A stretch of DNA of 64,000 bases from Asterias rubens. Its lineage: Eukaryota. The notes below the pieces were generated by a model, which saw nothing but the letters and a program-made list of their open reading frames with translations, was not told the origin of the DNA and ran no database searches. Location: the NCBI RefSeq assembly GCF_902459465.1, contig NC_047077.1:11966001-12030000 (forward strand), read 5' to 3'. A program made the translations under genes and the position numbers. Shown here in pieces: positions 60,067 to 64,000 of this stretch. Every line of letters starts with the position of its first letter. Position 1 is the first letter of the stretch.

Positions 60067-61957
60067 GCACACTTTGAGGCTCGTGAATTTAATACGCCAG
60101 TAATCTGCCTTTGGGCCTACACTGTAGGCAAGCCCCCCCCCCTCCCCCCACAAAAAAAATAAAATAAAAAACTAGAATAGAAAATGTATATTTTATTTTA
60201 AACACGATAAAAAGGGACAATTTCCGTACAGTTACAGAAATCGTTGTTAATTGGGTCGTAAAAGTAGATGATAGTTGTTTGTCAGTAAATTTTAGGTAAT
60301 TTTTAAAAATTTGCTGTACAATTTTATCACACAAAGTTGGAAAATTATTACAGAAATTTGTGTAAATTTGTTTGTAACAAATCATAAGTAATGTTTTTCA
60401 AACGTTTTAGGTAATTTTACTCATTTGTTTGTGTATTATTACAAAATCTTGTAGAATAATTACATACAATTCACTGAATTATTATTAGTGTTTTTATTAT
60501 TATTATAATTTTTTTTAAATACATGAGATATGTTTATCAGTAAGTTTTAGTTGGGTTGTTTTAGAAGTTTGTTTGTTACAAATAATATGACATGTAGAAC
60601 GAGATTACAGAAATCATTGTAAATTTGTTTTTAGAAATACATGAGTAATGTTTATCAGTAAAGTTTAGGTAATTTTGACTAAATGTACACAATTTAGGGA
60701 TGGCTGTGCTGCAAGTTTTATCCTGGCATTGGTGCTTGATGTGGACGTGTTGCCGACGTTCGTTTCGACATAATGTCACAGCATAGTATGCCGACGTTGG
60801 CTCGGCATTGGACCGTCATTGATCATGCAAATTTGAAGGCAGGGTGTCAAAGCTGTTCCAAATAATGGGCTAATAATGTGGCAAATATAATATGTAATTT
60901 GACAAAGTAATACAACTTGTTGGGATTTTTGTTGTATAAATTATAGAAGAATAGTTTAGATAATTTTTGAAGTGCAGTATAGTTTATATATTTTTATTGC
61001 AATAATGTAATAATATAGAACAGTTGCTAATCAATATCACAATCGTGGGTACGAATTCATCGGAATTTGAACTGCATTATAACACTCGGTGTATGTTAAA
61101 CAGTATTGGTAGTGCAGTAGGCTGTAGGTTGTTTGTGTTGTAAGGGAGATTTAAAGACCTGCTTGAACGAACATGTCAAGTCGTGAACTATGCTGAACTT
61201 CACTTTAAATGTTTTCAATGAATAAGACAAATCAATTTGAATGCCCGTATCCAGCGCTTTTCTGGGAGATTTGCGAAAAGCCCCATTACGTAATCACTCT
61301 CAAAACTTCATAGTTGGGAGTTTGAACTTGTGAAGCCGCTTAGTTGCAGCGTGGAGGTATAACACAGAAAAACTCCCAGACATGACGTAAACGGCATTGT
61401 CCTTTGACTCGCGCCGTCAACGGCAGAAGTGTTTTTAGTTTGTTAAAACCTTTAGGTCGGCCCGATTTTTAATCGATAACAACGAACAATTCAGAAGTAT
61501 ACACATGATATCATATCAAAAGTACATTAAAATGGTGAACAAGTGCATACTAAACAGTCAAGCTGAAATACAACTTCCGTTGAATACATTCCGCTCAGGC
61601 TGTTTAAGTAATTACGAATGTATTAATTACAATCTTAATTGCACTAATGATTACACGTTGGGCCGGAATTGGAGAGTCGTTGATCATAATAAAATTGTAG
61701 TTATTACAGAAAAACAGTCCATTTCGATTGCATAAATACTGCTAAATAACATCTCTTCAATAATAAAAAAAAAAAAAAAAAAAACAGCTGCGAATTCAAA
61801 AATCTGAGAAATAATTAGAAGAAACAAAAAAGTAACTGACAAAAAAACAGTCCATGAAATTGTATGACGGTTGCAAAATCACGGAGTTATGAAACATTAG
61901 TTTTTTATTTGACAAAAAAAAAAAACCAGATTTTTTTTATTTGAATCGACTACTCAC

Positions 61958-62055
61958 CGATATTGAGAATGGTCGGACTTTTTACATCAGCAGATTCTAA
62001 CTACTCGTAGGCCTAGCTCTATGGTGTTAGCTAGAATGGTAGCTCAAGTCAGAAT
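61958..62055 (-). other. Candidate non-coding first exon of the lectin gene
   Basis: Donor ATCG|GTGAGT at 61957; begins about 25-30 nt downstream of a TATATAAA box. Confidence 0.55.
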
Positions 62056-62074
62056 GCCGATCCACTGTGCAAGA

Positions 62075-62410
62075 AAGCTTTATATAAACACATCTCTCTC
62101 TGTCGTTTATAATGTTTGCATGAATCCACACCAACCGATTTCAGCCAATCACGCACAATATTTGGTATGACGTAGACAACTTTATGCATACGTATACTTG
62201 TATGGACCACTTTGATTGGCCCTCTGGCCCTGAACGTGCGTCCAATTCGAACATGGCCTAAGCTTTCTATCTGTGTGTTTTGATTGATCTGAGCGAGATG
62301 ATGTTTGTCATAGCTGCACACAAATCACCTCGGACCAATCAAAACACAGAAATGGAAAGCTCATGTCACTGAACGTTTATCCAATGAAATCATTATATCC
62401 AATGGAAACA
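62075..62410 (-). promoter_or_regulatory. TATA plus multiple CCAAT boxes and a CRE-like site: putative lectin promoter
   Basis: TATATAAA (minus) at about 62080-62087; CCAAT/ATTGG at about 62143, 62214, 62240, 62335, 62381, 62398; TGACGTA at about 62168. Confidence 0.6.
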
Positions 62411-63554
62411 CTGGTTCTGAAAAGCAAGTAGGCATACCTGTCTGTATCCTTACGGATATAGACAGGGTACCAGTCTACAGAGATTGAAGTTCAGCGTCAA
62501 ACGTTATTTGCCATTTGAAAGCCCCCTATGAGGGCGCTCTTACAATCAACATAATTATAGGGTGCGTTCGTTTAGCTTCCCTGGGTCATCCTCGGTCTGC
62601 CCCGGGTGTCCGAATAGCTTTTGACGTCATTCCAGGGCCTCACCCGGGTTAGCCCCCAGTGCCCTGCTTGTGGAGTGGGTCACTTGGGGGCTGGCCCCAG
62701 GTAAACGAAGTCACTACGAGAGCTAGCGGTGAGTGGTCGTTCGTTTAGCTTTTATCAGGGGCTCACCCGAGTGAGCACCGCGGGGTAGACCCAGGGAAGC
62801 TAAACGAACGCACCCATTATTGTGTTTTTGCATTTGTGGGCGGAAATTCTGTCCCCTGGTGATTCTGTCGCCCACACCGCTTTGTATGTAAAGCTGGGGG
62901 GGGGGGGGGGAAGTTGACATTCGATTAGCTCATGTCATTTCTACACTCAACTGTAGATTCGTAACGAATGAATATACACATAATATACGCGTATATTATA
63001 CGCAGTCGATTCGTTACAATCACTATAAAGCATAATGCCTATATTTTGCAAAAATAAACACATCAACAAAAGTAAGTCCCCCTAAATAATTCGCCATAAC
63101 ATCGTAAGGTAAAACATTTTACCATTACAACTAATGTCTTTTATAAAATTTGTATTACAAAGTATGCAATGATAGGTGTATAATCAAAGTTTTAACTCCC
63201 TTCCCCCAAAACGGGATCTCTGCAAAACTCACACAAGCTGCAACAAGTTTCTTTCATAAAAACACTAGTTCAGTTCTTTTATGTAACTCACTTCCATTCA
63301 TAGCTTGACTCGGGCTTGAAAACGTACCTGTTGATATTATAGCGTAACTTGAAGGAACGTAAGCGTAGCTGAGTATCTGCGTAGCTTGGAACAGAACCAA
63401 TTCAAAAATTATATTTTTTTTGACAAAATAATGCTATGATGAAATTTTGTTTTATCATTATTTTTGTTTCAACCCTTTACAAAATTCTTATTCACCTGTC
63501 CGTTTTTTGTTATCATTTTTTCGACTTTGTAAAACATTTTTGAGCTACTCACAC

Positions 63555-63838
63555 AATAACATTACTAGAGCTTCTTCCATTTTTTATGGCCACAGATCTT
63601 TTTCTTACGCCGCACCGCTTCTTTGGAATAGTCTTCCTGTGCATATTCGCCAAGCTAATACTTTACAATGTTTTAAGTCCTTGTTGAAAACTCATTTGTT
63701 TAAAGCTTCTTTTTTTGTAATTTGCCTATTTGTATCTTGTATCTTTCTCTAATTGTTTATTTTGTTGTTTCTTTAATGCGCTTAGAGGCTTTTGCATTAG
63801 GCGCTTTACAAATGTCTTATTATTATTATTATTATTAA
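63555..63838 (+). mobile_element. 5'-truncated L2/CR1-group LINE 3' end
   Basis: Translates GHRSFSYAAPLLWNSLPVHIRQANTLQCFKSLLKTHLF, the typical ORF2 C-terminus of L2/CR1 elements, followed by a (TTA)n tail. Confidence 0.8.
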
Positions 63839-64000
63839 TGTAACAAAATGCGGTGAAAAAAATCTCATGAACTAAGTTTCCAAAATCCCGCAAACCAACA
63901 AGGACTGCTGCAAATAAACAATCTCTTAACCATCGCACTATCTCCCTATGGAACAATATTGCGCCAGATGTAAAAGTATTTTCCTAGAAAAGTGCATAAA

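Overview
AT-rich, intron-containing animal genomic DNA, not prokaryotic: no rRNA, CRISPR array or operons. It looks like an invertebrate deuterostome; echinoderm/sea star is my inference and is not proven here. I assembled six protein-coding genes by hand from GT-AG exons with consistent phases: an ASAP1/2 Arf-GAP 5' end (minus, continues left of the window), MED30 (plus, 4 exons, 182 aa), a CHST8-14-family carbohydrate sulfotransferase (minus, 3 exons, about 359 aa), LDAH (minus, 5 coding exons, about 319 aa), UQCC1 (plus, 9 coding exons, about 312 aa, head-to-head with LDAH), and a secreted six-repeat tectonin/tachylectin-1-like lectin (minus). Introns and intergenic DNA are dense with non-autonomous TIR elements (TTAA Kolobok-like, PIF/Harbinger-like, MULE-like, foldback), tRNA-derived SINEs, an L2/CR1 3' fragment and minisatellites. 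The most unusual region is the gene-free 7.7-21 kb interval. It holds a degenerate array of exon-like cassettes with a strong one-strand excess of GTAAG 5' splice-site motifs and a candidate upstream first exon, suggesting an unannotated lncRNA built by exon duplication. Other leads are partial exon duplications creating decoy acceptors and a decoy start codon in LDAH, a duplicated CCAAT promoter module with an in-frame alternative first exon in the lectin gene, and MITEs whose TIRs carry CTCF-like motifs. Exon coordinates were counted by hand; repeat boundaries are approximate. No database searches were run.
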